Shown here: positions 51,250-59,830 of the stretch, one piece after another | Numbering within the stretch: the first letter of the stretch is position 1 | Layout: each line of letters begins with the position of its first letter | DNA from: a virus | Taxonomy: Duplodnaviria; Caudoviricetes | Virus record (IMG/VR): IMGVR_UViG_3300033233_001970 | Reading direction: 5' to 3' (one strand) | Length of the DNA: 64,000 bases | The notes under the pieces: generated by a model | What the model was told of the DNA's origin: nothing | The model's database searches: none | What the model saw: the letters and a program-made list of their open reading frames with translations, nothing else | Program-made: the position numbers and the translations under genes

Positions 51250-51723
51250 ATGCATCCCTACGCGCTCGCCAATCCTCGTCGTCGACGCTCTTCGCGCAAG
51301 GCCCGAGCCTCTGCTGGGTGCGCGAGCTGCGCTTCCGAGGGAATGGCATTTCGCGAAAATGTCTCTTGGAGCCCGCACGGCGTAGGCGGCTACAACACGC
51401 CGAATACCATCGAGCACCTCAAGAATCTCTCCAAGCCCGCGAAGATTGGAATCGCGGTTGGTGGCGGCGCCGTCGTTCTCGGACTCATCATCTGGCTCGT
51501 AACACGCGGCGACAAACCGAGCGACGTCGCATACAAGGGTGTCGCAATTCACCTCAAGCCGATTTTCATCGGCGGCGCATCGAAATGGTCGGCGGATTTC
51601 CAGTGGACGCCGCCTGGGCCTGGCGCGAAGACGAAGCAGATTTCGGCGATCGGAAGCTCGTCGGACGAGGCGCTCGATAACGCCAAACGTATGATCGATG
51701 ACTTCGTCAACGCGGTGACGTGA
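51250..51723 (+). CDS. membrane protein with YKGV module
   Basis: ANPRRRR; HGVGG; TM; EALDNAKRMID. Confidence 0.7.
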   Translation: MHPYALANPRRRRSSRKARASAGCASCASEGMAFRENVSWSPHGVGGYNTPNTIEHLKNLSKPAKIGIAVGGGAVVLGLIIWLVTRGDKPSDVAYKGVAIHLKPIFIGGASKWSADFQWTPPGPGAKTKQISAIGSSSDEALDNAKRMIDDFVNAVT

Positions 51724-53285
51724 TGCCCAAACGCCGCAAGAGCGGCGAACGGTCGAATCCGTATACGCCAACTAGCGATTCGTGGCCGAAGTACGAAGTC
51801 AGAGTCGCTCCATGCCATCTCAAGCACCATCTGATGTGGTGCGTGTACGGATGGACAAAACAGCCTGGTGAGCTCCCGAAGACGTTCAAAATAGGTGGCT
51901 ACGCCACGCAGCACGTTCTTTCGGAAGACGCGATTCGGGCAGCAAAACAATACGCGAAAGATTTTTCGACTGCAAATCCTCGCAATCCGAATCCAGCGCG
52001 AGTCCTTGATGAGCGCGGCCGATGCGTCAACGCGTTTCTCAATGGTAAGGCAATTGGCTGCGAAAATCCGCTGCCGCGCATCCCTCGTTGGCAAGAGATC
52101 CCGAAGAAAACCAAACTCATCGCCGCCGGTGCCGCCATTGCTGGCATTGGCGCCATCATCCTGTTCGCAAAATCACGTAAACAGCAAATTACGTCTTCAC
52201 GATTCGGTCGCGACGTCCTCGCTCGAGCCCAGCAAGACGTCGGCGTCACCGAAGTCGATGGCTCGGGCCGTGTCGAACGCATGCTGCTAACGTACGGCAT
52301 CACGTACCCCGTCAACTGGTGCGCGGTCGCCACCGGGACCTGGATCCACGAAGCGGCGCAAGACTTCAGTGTGAAGCCTCCGATTCAAGGATCACCTGGC
52401 GCCAAGGACACGATGCTTCAGTTCCAGAATGCGTCGAACAAAAAAGTCGACTGGATCGATGCGAATACGTTGCGGAGGTATCCCGAGCTCGTGCAGCCTG
52501 GCATGATCTCCGTTTGGCAGCGTGGCCCCGTCGCTTCCTACATGGGCCACATCGGCGTGGTCGAAGCCAATCTTGGGAGCGGAAGCTTCCAAACCATCGA
52601 AGGCAACGCCGGTCCTAGCGCGGGCGCGGTGGTTCGAGGTCGTCGCGAGCTCTCTGCCGACAATTTTCTTGGGATGGGTTACTTCAACGACGCCGAAGTC
52701 TTCAACCCCGAGCAGGCGGGCGTAGCCGGCGTGGGCTTGGGCGCTCCGCCAGACAAGCCCAAGAGCATCGGCTTCCCGACGTACGACACTTGGTGGCGGG
52801 CGATCGGTGGCCCGAGCGGCATGCCGTACGAGCCGACCGATTACGTCGTCACGTTCGACAATGGTTCGAGCGTCGAAACCGAAGTCGTGCGTACGCCGCA
52901 GCATCAGGCACGCGGACTCATGCATCGACAGAGCATGCCCGAAGATCGCGGGATGCTCTTCGTATACGCGACGTCTAGCAAGCGAAGCCTCTGGATGCGC
53001 AACACTTTCATCCCGCTCGACGGCGTCTTCATGGACGGACACGGCGTGGTCGTTGGCATCGTCGAAAATCTCGTTCCTCGAAGCGATGAAATTCGTGGCG
53101 TAGACAAGCCTGTGAAGTACATCCTCGAAACGAACGCGGGATGGGCGAAGAGACACGGCGTTCGCGTTGGAAGTCGTATGATGCCTGTACGTGTCGGCGT
53201 CGGCTTCACGCAAGATCCGCCGAACATCATGAAGTTTGAACCCGTATGCCCAGCTACAAACAACAGCATTGGTTTGCGTCACTAG
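51723..53285 (+). CDS. NPYTP module - TM - CHAP peptidoglycan hydrolase - DUF192 fusion
   Basis: NWCA...GHIGVVE...TIEGN (CHAP); GLMHRQSMPEDRGMLF...WMRNTFIPLD...ILETNAG (DUF192). Confidence 0.85.
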   Translation: MPKRRKSGERSNPYTPTSDSWPKYEVRVAPCHLKHHLMWCVYGWTKQPGELPKTFKIGGYATQHVLSEDAIRAAKQYAKDFSTANPRNPNPARVLDERGRCVNAFLNGKAIGCENPLPRIPRWQEIPKKTKLIAAGAAIAGIGAIILFAKSRKQQITSSRFGRDVLARAQQDVGVTEVDGSGRVERMLLTYGITYPVNWCAVATGTWIHEAAQDFSVKPPIQGSPGAKDTMLQFQNASNKKVDWIDANTLRRYPELVQPGMISVWQRGPVASYMGHIGVVEANLGSGSFQTIEGNAGPSAGAVVRGRRELSADNFLGMGYFNDAEVFNPEQAGVAGVGLGAPPDKPKSIGFPTYDTWWRAIGGPSGMPYEPTDYVVTFDNGSSVETEVVRTPQHQARGLMHRQSMPEDRGMLFVYATSSKRSLWMRNTFIPLDGVFMDGHGVVVGIVENLVPRSDEIRGVDKPVKYILETNAGWAKRHGVRVGSRMMPVRVGVGFTQDPPNIMKFEPVCPATNNSIGLRH

Positions 53286-53351
53286 GTACCGAACGCCTCA
53301 TCATTTGCTCCGAATGCAAGCGTGACGATGATGAAGTGCTGGGCTCCCTAT

Positions 53352-53861
53352 TTACCGAGGGACGACGTTGCCAGAGGTGCCAACGCGACGTGTCGGATCT
53401 GCGTTCATTGGTTGTGATGGTTCCGTTGGCGGATTCGAAACCCTCTCTACCGTAAGCCCAAGCAAGCCCCAAATCGCCGCGTGCGGCCAATCCACGCACG
53501 AACCTTGATAGTCCCACGCGGGCGGCCCGAGCGACCGATCCGCTGCGCATGCGACGTACTCGACGCCTGAAAGTCCTGCGGCGTAAATGGCGCCTCGTGC
53601 AAGAACAGGTACTTGTTGGAGGTGCGGCGCAGCGGCCACGACCGCAGCGGTGCCGAAGGCATACACCGGAAGAAACGGGATGGGCCTGCCACCGAAAAGC
53701 TTCGAGTTTCGTCCGGACCACATCATGTTTTCAAGAACCCAGCCGGCGACGCCACCGATCACGAATGCTGCCGCGATCTTACCGAGAGTTGGATCGATCG
53801 GGTTCGGGCGCGGATTCGAATGCATCGAAATCGTACGCGGACGCATCGGTCTCGGACGCAT
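53352..53861 (-). CDS. membrane protein, CmpB/TMEM229-like permease family
   Basis: GGVAGWVLE...PFLPVYAFG...VEY...WDY...IWG; SNPRPNP leader. Confidence 0.6.
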   Translation of the reverse strand: MRPRPMRPRTISMHSNPRPNPIDPTLGKIAAAFVIGGVAGWVLENMMWSGRNSKLFGGRPIPFLPVYAFGTAAVVAAAPHLQQVPVLARGAIYAAGLSGVEYVACAADRSLGPPAWDYQGSCVDWPHAAIWGLLGLTVERVSNPPTEPSQPMNADPTRRVGTSGNVVPR

Positions 53862-53918
53862 GCTCTGAACGTACCCGATTGTCTTGCGTCACGGAAGACA
53901 CGTGGCTACGTTCGCGCG
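53862..53918. promoter_or_regulatory. divergent promoters
   Basis: TACGTT-N6-ATG on both strands; + side has TTGCGT 17 nt upstream. Confidence 0.65.
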
Positions 53919-54134
53919 ATGGCCGCCATCATTCTTTGCGACGAGTGCGATTCTCAGCAGTGTGTGGACGGGGTTGCCGGCGTTCCGCTTCTCGAATCGT
54001 ACGGCTGGAGGCTTGCGCGTGTCGAGGAGCGCGCTGGAGCCATCGACGCCATCGATCGGTGTCCGTTCTGCGCAGAGCGCGCGTCGCGCGCAAGGCAGCC
54101 TGCCGTTCCCGTGAGTATGCCTGGAGCGAATTGA
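53919..54134 (+). CDS. zinc-finger protein
   Basis: CDEC...CPFC; TTGCGT-N17-TACGTT-N6-ATG. Confidence 0.65.
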   Translation: MAAIILCDECDSQQCVDGVAGVPLLESYGWRLARVEERAGAIDAIDRCPFCAERASRARQPAVPVSMPGAN

Positions 54135-55068
54135 TCCGAGGCGATCGATGAGCGAGGATTTTCAACCAGGCGACCGTGTACGCTTCACCGAAAAAGAAAT
54201 CGTACGTTACCCATGGTTGGTGCGAGGTATTCTCCGTTTCGTGAATCGTAGGATCACCTGGCGCGTCGCGGAAGTCATCGACGGCGATTCGGCCTTTGGG
54301 CAGCTCGCTGTACAGTTCGATGTAAAACGAGATGTCGAGCCTACCGTACTTCCTATCGATATGTTCGAGCACGCAGATCGGAAGACGCGCATTCGGAAAG
54401 GAAGGCAATCATGAGCATGTGCGAGGCAAAAGATCTTACCAATCATTTTTGCTATTCGGATGCGACACAAGTGGCCATTTGGAGCGATGGTCGTCGTAAC
54501 AAACTGTGTGATGCCCACGTCGAACAAATCGAAGCGACCGTAGAAAAAGGCATCAAGCAAAAAGATCTGGTGCCGTTACGGATTCGTAAGAGCTTGCAAA
54601 AAGGCGTTGTTCGTTTCGAGCAGCTCGTCGAAACAGGAATGTCCGCGACAGAAGCAGCGGTCGCGGCATGGGTTCGTAAGTACGAAGATGAGTGATCGCT
54701 GATTGCGGTCCGTACTCGCTGAGATTGTGGCGATTATGGGCGACGCGGAGCGATGCAAACAGTGTGTCTCGCCAACGGTCGGGTTCGAAGGAGAGCATCT
54801 GAGGCGACTGAGAAGCGCCATGCGAAAAGCGAAAGAGATTCTGGCAGCAGAACCGAATTAGAGGAGTGAGCTGTGCTCAAACGAATCGAACGAAAAGCGT
54901 GCATTCGAAAGAAAGCCGAAGCAGACGCCTGCGAGGGACAGACGTATATCGTCCCGGAGTACGTCGCGGAAAGCGAACATCCATGGGATCGGTGCACCGT
55001 CTGCGGCTTGCCGATCTTGATCGATGCGGAAGTTGTCGGTGAAGTCGAGTGAGTGATACGCTCGGCGT

Positions 55069-55614
55069 ATGGAACCGCTGGTTCGACTTCTCGTTCTCGG
55101 TACTGCTGGCGCTGCTGCTTGGTGGTTTCTCAAGTCGCCTCCAGCGCGAGCGGCGCTGAGGACTGCCGCGCCCGATCCGTGGACCATTCCACGACCCGGC
55201 AAAGGACCCGTCGCAACAACGGGCCGACCCGAAGCGCTGAAATGGCTCAACGACAACCCGAATGCATACGCTTTCGGTGTCAACATGTTTCAGAAAACCG
55301 AAAACGCCGCCAAATACGTCAAAGACCTCTACAAACTTGGGGCAGTCAAAGTTATCGTGGCCGACATACGAACGTCGCCTGGTATGCCAGGTGCAGAATC
55401 GGACACACTCTTCGTAAAGATGCCAATCAACAAAGAGCAGCGTTTTGCACTCGCCAATTTCATCCTAAACGGTCCCAACAGTCCGGACGAATTCCATCTG
55501 AATCTACCCAAGAGTGGTGGCGGACGTCGTATCCGTGAAACACCAAATCGAAGAGACGAGACCGGTATCAACGATCTCAAAGGCGGCGCCATAGTCCGTC
55601 TTTGGTGGGACTAA
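55069..55614 (+). CDS. N-anchored membrane protein
   Basis: TM; ends LYKLGAVKV...RLWWD. Confidence 0.7.
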   Translation: MEPLVRLLVLGTAGAAAWWFLKSPPARAALRTAAPDPWTIPRPGKGPVATTGRPEALKWLNDNPNAYAFGVNMFQKTENAAKYVKDLYKLGAVKVIVADIRTSPGMPGAESDTLFVKMPINKEQRFALANFILNGPNSPDEFHLNLPKSGGGRRIRETPNRRDETGINDLKGGAIVRLWWD

Positions 55615-55708
55615 CCGGAATGTTGAAGACCCTCGAACCCTGGCTCGCGGGCGCGTCAATTCTCGCGGTCGTTGTCGTTTTGGCGTACGTGATCTGGAGA
55701 TCAAAATC

Positions 55709-56002
55709 GTGAGCCTGCACCACTGTCACGCCATTGGCTGCAACGTGCCGACGAAACCGACGAAGTTGATGTGTTTGAAACACTGGTTGCTCGTACCGAA
55801 GAGCGTCCAACACGACGTGCTCCGGTTCTACCGTCTTGGACAATGCGACGACAAAAGACCGTCGCTTGCATGGGGTATCGCTGCAACTCGAGCTCGTCTC
55901 GCCGTTGCTGAAAAAGAGGGCCGGCGTCCCGCCGTAGCTCTTCTCTCAAAAATACTCGAGATCAGAACCGCAAAACTTCGTTCCGAAGGGCTCGAGATTT
56001 GA
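55709..56002 (+). CDS. zinc-binding hypothetical protein
   Basis: HHCHAIGC...LMCLKHW. Confidence 0.65.
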   Translation: MSLHHCHAIGCNVPTKPTKLMCLKHWLLVPKSVQHDVLRFYRLGQCDDKRPSLAWGIAATRARLAVAEKEGRRPAVALLSKILEIRTAKLRSEGLEI

Positions 56003-56003
56003 A

Positions 56004-56356
56004 ATGCGCCTCTGGCTCGATGATGTCCGAATGTCGCCTTGGGGTTACGATTTGTGGGCGAAAACCTACGACGAATGCGTTCGGTTACTGGAAGAGCATT
56101 CCGTTGGGCACGTGTCACTCGATCACGATCTAGGTACCGAGCATACGCCGTCGCAGCAGACGCCAGCATCCCAAGAGACTCGTTCAAGGAGAAAACAGGG
56201 TACGACGTTCTTCTCTACATGGCGGAGAACAATAAGTGGGTGAAGGATATTACGATTCACTCTCTCAATCCTGTTGGTCGTGCGGACATGATGCGTTTTC
56301 TCAAGCGACACGCGCCCGACGGCGTCACGTTCGTCGAGAAGCCGTTCGTACGATGA
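56004..56356 (+). CDS. cyclic-phosphate-processing receiver-like domain, frameshifted near 56143
   Basis: LWLDDVR...SLDHDLG in one frame; EKTGYDV...IHSLNPVGRADM in the next; one added base restores EHYA. Confidence 0.75.
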
Positions 56357-56394
56357 GCGTTGTCGGCGACGTCCGCATGTGAGAACATTTCCAA

Positions 56395-56817
56395 ATGCAG
56401 TCGATGGAGATGTCGCCGCCCGCCAAAACCGCTCTTCTCATCAGCGGAGTGGTTCTCGCCATCGGCGCGATCGTTGTGTTTGCAACGCAGAGATCGAGCG
56501 CTGCGTCCGCGCAATCTGCGCCGAATCAGCCGACCAAAACACCGGTTCAACCCACGCAGCCGCCGCCCACGATGTCTACCGACGTGGTGGGCGGCTCCAT
56601 CAACGACACGTACATCTATGCCACGATATGGATGTGGAACGGCACCAACTGGCAATCTGTCGAAGATGGATGGATGCTGTCTTCGCACGCTCGCGCCGTT
56701 CAAAAAAGCGTCGGGCATGCGTTCTGGACATACTGGAGCATCTGGCAGCCGGCGCCGATCAACGCGTGGCACAATGTTCAGGTACCGCCAGACGGACAGC
56801 TAGATATTGCGATCTAG
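56395..56817 (+). CDS. N-anchored Trp-rich membrane protein
   Basis: SPPAKTALL + TM, resembling the ENPISPP family anchor. Confidence 0.7.
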   Translation: MQSMEMSPPAKTALLISGVVLAIGAIVVFATQRSSAASAQSAPNQPTKTPVQPTQPPPTMSTDVVGGSINDTYIYATIWMWNGTNWQSVEDGWMLSSHARAVQKSVGHAFWTYWSIWQPAPINAWHNVQVPPDGQLDIAI

Positions 56818-58359
56818 ATCAGCACAGCACGGCATTCCTTCCGCCACGCTGCGGCGCCCGCCGCGCATGACGCGCGACATCTCTCCGTGGAATCGGTTGG
56901 GTACCTCGAACCGAACGCCGTAGCCTTGGTAGGCTACTTTCTGAAAGTTCTCTTTCCACGGACGACCGTGATACGGCCTGGTTTCGCGACCGGTGCGCAG
57001 GTGAGCGAGCTCGTGAGAAAGAGTCTCGAGAACATCGATCCGATCGACTCCTGGGTAATTCACGATCATGATCATGTGGCGAGCGAATTCGGCGTGTCCG
57101 AGCTTTCGAGGCTTGGCGCTGCGGTTACGCGCATAAATGTTCGGGATCGGCATGCCATGCAAAATAGGAATTTTCATGAGCCGTTTCATCTCTGCCACGA
57201 CGTCGATCCCACCGATGATGAGTGAGCTCGGCATCGGGCAAACACGTCGCTCACGGCGGCGGGTACGTGGAGGAACTATTTGCGGACGACTCCAGCCTCC
57301 GTGCGTCGCTCTCCACGCGTCCTCTTCTCTACGTTCCTGCTCCCGTCGACGCTCTTGCTGTTGCCACCACGGTTCTTCGGGTGGCGGCGCAACCGGTGAA
57401 GGTGGCGCTGCCGGTTCCGGAACGCAGTCCGGCGGAGGCACGATCCAGCGCCCTCCACCGTCCGGGAATACCTCTCGAATCGTGATGGGCCCATCTTTCG
57501 AGAGACGCTGCGCGACCTCGAGCATGCTCGCCGTAGTTGAAACCGTGACGGCTTCACCTGGCGCGCTGATGATGAACGTCGAGCCCGCAACAGGATTCTC
57601 GGAGGCGTAAGCAAACTGAGATCGACGTGCATGCATCCAATACGCGAAACTTCCAAGCACGAAGGCGCCTGCTACAGCCGCGAAAGCAAGCGCTGCGGAT
57701 CGTCCTCCCGAAATTCGAGAAAACGCTTCTCGCAGCATTGCTGGAAGAACGATATCTCCCTGGTACTGGTGCCCAGGCATGTCGTTCGTGGGGTACGAAT
57801 AAATAACGAAATTACCGTCTTGGTAATGCGCGGGACCGGCTCCTGAAATCATCAGAGCATCCGAAGGCCGCCCTGCGACATTTCCGAGAGGAAGCGTAAC
57901 GCCCGCAATGGCGCTCAGGACGTGCCACGTCGACGACGGCACAAGAAGGCTCGTGTTCGACGTTACGAACGCGCGCTCTTTGCGCTTGGCGCGCTCCGCG
58001 TATGCCTGCCATGCGGCCCATCCTTCCGGCGCCGTGGCGTACGTTCCGTCCGCGATTACGAGAGCGTCGGGATCACCACCCTGCTCGAGAATGCGTCGGG
58101 TTGCGAAGCCGCCCGCAGAAAAGCCGGCGATGATGATGGGCGAGAAGCTCGAGGCTCCCGTCATCTGCTTGAGCGTTTGGATCGTCTGATCGAGCGGCGC
58201 CGTATCCGCGTAGCTCGAGCCCACCGTTGTATCGTTCACGATGAGCGCGTTCGAGGGCGAAGCTTGGCGAAGAGCGTCGTCGTTACGAGCGTTCAAATGG
58301 TAAACGAGAAGAAGCGGTCTCGAGCTTCCTGAGCCTTGCTGAACGATGCGAAGCGGCAT
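56800..58359 (-). CDS. alpha/beta-hydrolase - TM - ENP - SprT-like zinc metalloprotease fusion
   Basis: IIIAGFSAGG nucleophile elbow; LSHELAHL...HGRPWK. Confidence 0.7.
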   Translation of the reverse strand: MPLRIVQQGSGSSRPLLLVYHLNARNDDALRQASPSNALIVNDTTVGSSYADTAPLDQTIQTLKQMTGASSFSPIIIAGFSAGGFATRRILEQGGDPDALVIADGTYATAPEGWAAWQAYAERAKRKERAFVTSNTSLLVPSSTWHVLSAIAGVTLPLGNVAGRPSDALMISGAGPAHYQDGNFVIYSYPTNDMPGHQYQGDIVLPAMLREAFSRISGGRSAALAFAAVAGAFVLGSFAYWMHARRSQFAYASENPVAGSTFIISAPGEAVTVSTTASMLEVAQRLSKDGPITIREVFPDGGGRWIVPPPDCVPEPAAPPSPVAPPPEEPWWQQQERRREQERREEDAWRATHGGWSRPQIVPPRTRRRERRVCPMPSSLIIGGIDVVAEMKRLMKIPILHGMPIPNIYARNRSAKPRKLGHAEFARHMIMIVNYPGVDRIDVLETLSHELAHLRTGRETRPYHGRPWKENFQKVAYQGYGVRFEVPNRFHGEMSRVMRGGRRSVAEGMPCCADLDRNI

Positions 58360-58361
58360 GG

Positions 58362-59132
58362 CTACTCGTCGCCCGTATCGGGCTCGTGCCGAACTTCATG
58401 ACCCGTCGGCAAGGACGGATTCGTGTCCGGTGCGCCCACCACTTCGCCGGTTGCCGCCTCGGGCACTTGTCCGTACGCTCCGGGGTGCACCCAGTTCGTC
58501 AGTCCTGTTGTGACCGACGGCAAAATCTTACGTATCGCGTTTGCGTAGTCAGCGACGTTCGCCTCCTCGGCCGCGTTGAGCGGCAGCGGTCTTTTTCCAC
58601 AAACTCTCGGATGCGGCATCCCTTTCGCCGCTTCGGCAGCCGTGGGATGGAAGCCGCCGAAATAGCATTCTTCCAAATAGAGCGTCTGCGCGTACGTTTC
58701 CGGCGAGCATGCCAGATCGTCGAACATGCGACGTGCGCCTCGAATGCCTGCGCGAATCATGTACGCGGCACCTGCGGCATCAGTAGGCCCTGCGAAGAAC
58801 CAAACTTTGAACGCACCCGTATTTGGATCCGAATCTCCGCGAATTGTACCGATACTGTTCGAGCGGTGCTCTTCTCCCCACGTCCCGTCGGGATAGAGCC
58901 ACATTCCGACTTTCAAATCGCCCGAGGCGAACGCGGCGCGCTCCGCATCGTTGAGCGCGCGAAGGTTGCAAGCTCCCCAATTGCAGGAATGATCCCAAGC
59001 ATCTCCGCAATTCGTTTCGTGCTCAGCCTGAGCAAGAACGATGTAAACAGCGTTCGGATTCGGTGGCGGACCGCCGGTTGCGATGACCCATCCGGCCCAA
59101 AGCGAATTTGCTTTTTGCTCCCAGCGGCTCAT
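58362..59132 (-). CDS. lysozyme-fold muramidase/glucosaminidase-like protein
   Basis: IVLAQAEHETNCG...NWG...Y. Confidence 0.5.
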   Translation of the reverse strand: MSRWEQKANSLWAGWVIATGGPPPNPNAVYIVLAQAEHETNCGDAWDHSCNWGACNLRALNDAERAAFASGDLKVGMWLYPDGTWGEEHRSNSIGTIRGDSDPNTGAFKVWFFAGPTDAAGAAYMIRAGIRGARRMFDDLACSPETYAQTLYLEECYFGGFHPTAAEAAKGMPHPRVCGKRPLPLNAAEEANVADYANAIRKILPSVTTGLTNWVHPGAYGQVPEAATGEVVGAPDTNPSLPTGHEVRHEPDTGDE

Positions 59133-59770
59133 CACGTCCCCTTGAACGCTGCAACCGGAGCGCTTCCCAGAAAATCGGGTTGACTCATGTCGTAATCGAT
59201 CACGATTCCTGGCGCGACAATAGTGTTTCCAGGCCAGGCTTGAACGAGTTGGTACCCGCGATGATCGACGTTGGGGACTTGTCCACCACTTCTCCAATAT
59301 CGCGCGATAGTCAAGTTGTTGTAGAGCTGCGACGACGTGAGCTGAACACCAGGCTCGAAATACCCGCCAAGCGCGCTCCCATACATTCCTCCGCTTACCG
59401 CGCCTTGGTACCAGGCGTTGCAATACGCGATGGCGACGTCGGCTGAGCACGGATTGAGATCAAACCAAAGACACGCACCAGGCGGATACCCGATGGCAAG
59501 AGCGGCATGTGCGGCCGTGACGCCGTCAGCGTGTCCCGTGTCTGCGCTCCATCCCGATTTGCGCGCGAACTGAACCAACATGATCCCTTGGCCCGTTGAC
59601 GTGAGGGCGTCGAGCTCCGCCGCCGTAATGCTTGGCGGTGAGCTCCCGTTCGTAACGTAGCGAACCCCGAACTTGAACCCGAGCGCAGCGAGCGTTTTCG
59701 CTTTCGCCGTATCTAATGTTTCTGACGTGTCCCAGCCCCACGCGTTGCTCAGTCCCTTCGGTACGTACAT
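59132..59770 (-). CDS. DUF1906 (Rv2525c/GH25-like) glycoside hydrolase
   Basis: GWDT...GFKFGVRY...GHADG..A...IGYP.G..LWFD. Confidence 0.8.
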   Translation of the reverse strand: MYVPKGLSNAWGWDTSETLDTAKAKTLAALGFKFGVRYVTNGSSPPSITAAELDALTSTGQGIMLVQFARKSGWSADTGHADGVTAAHAALAIGYPPGACLWFDLNPCSADVAIAYCNAWYQGAVSGGMYGSALGGYFEPGVQLTSSQLYNNLTIARYWRSGGQVPNVDHRGYQLVQAWPGNTIVAPGIVIDYDMSQPDFLGSAPVAAFKGT

Positions 59771-59830
59771 GATCGAAGCCTATCATGTTTCGATCCGGCA
59801 ACGATTTACGTTGCGTGATACCATCGCCGC
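59771..59830. promoter_or_regulatory. divergent pair of extended -10 promoters
   Basis: TGA-TACCAT-N6-ATG (+, 59816-59833) and TGA-TAGGCT-N6-ATG (-, 59785-59768). Confidence 0.7.

Noticed and set aside
54688-54861. Stop-codon reassignment suggested by the in-frame TGA at 54700
   Set aside because: Single case; TGA is the normal terminator in many ATGA overlaps throughout the window
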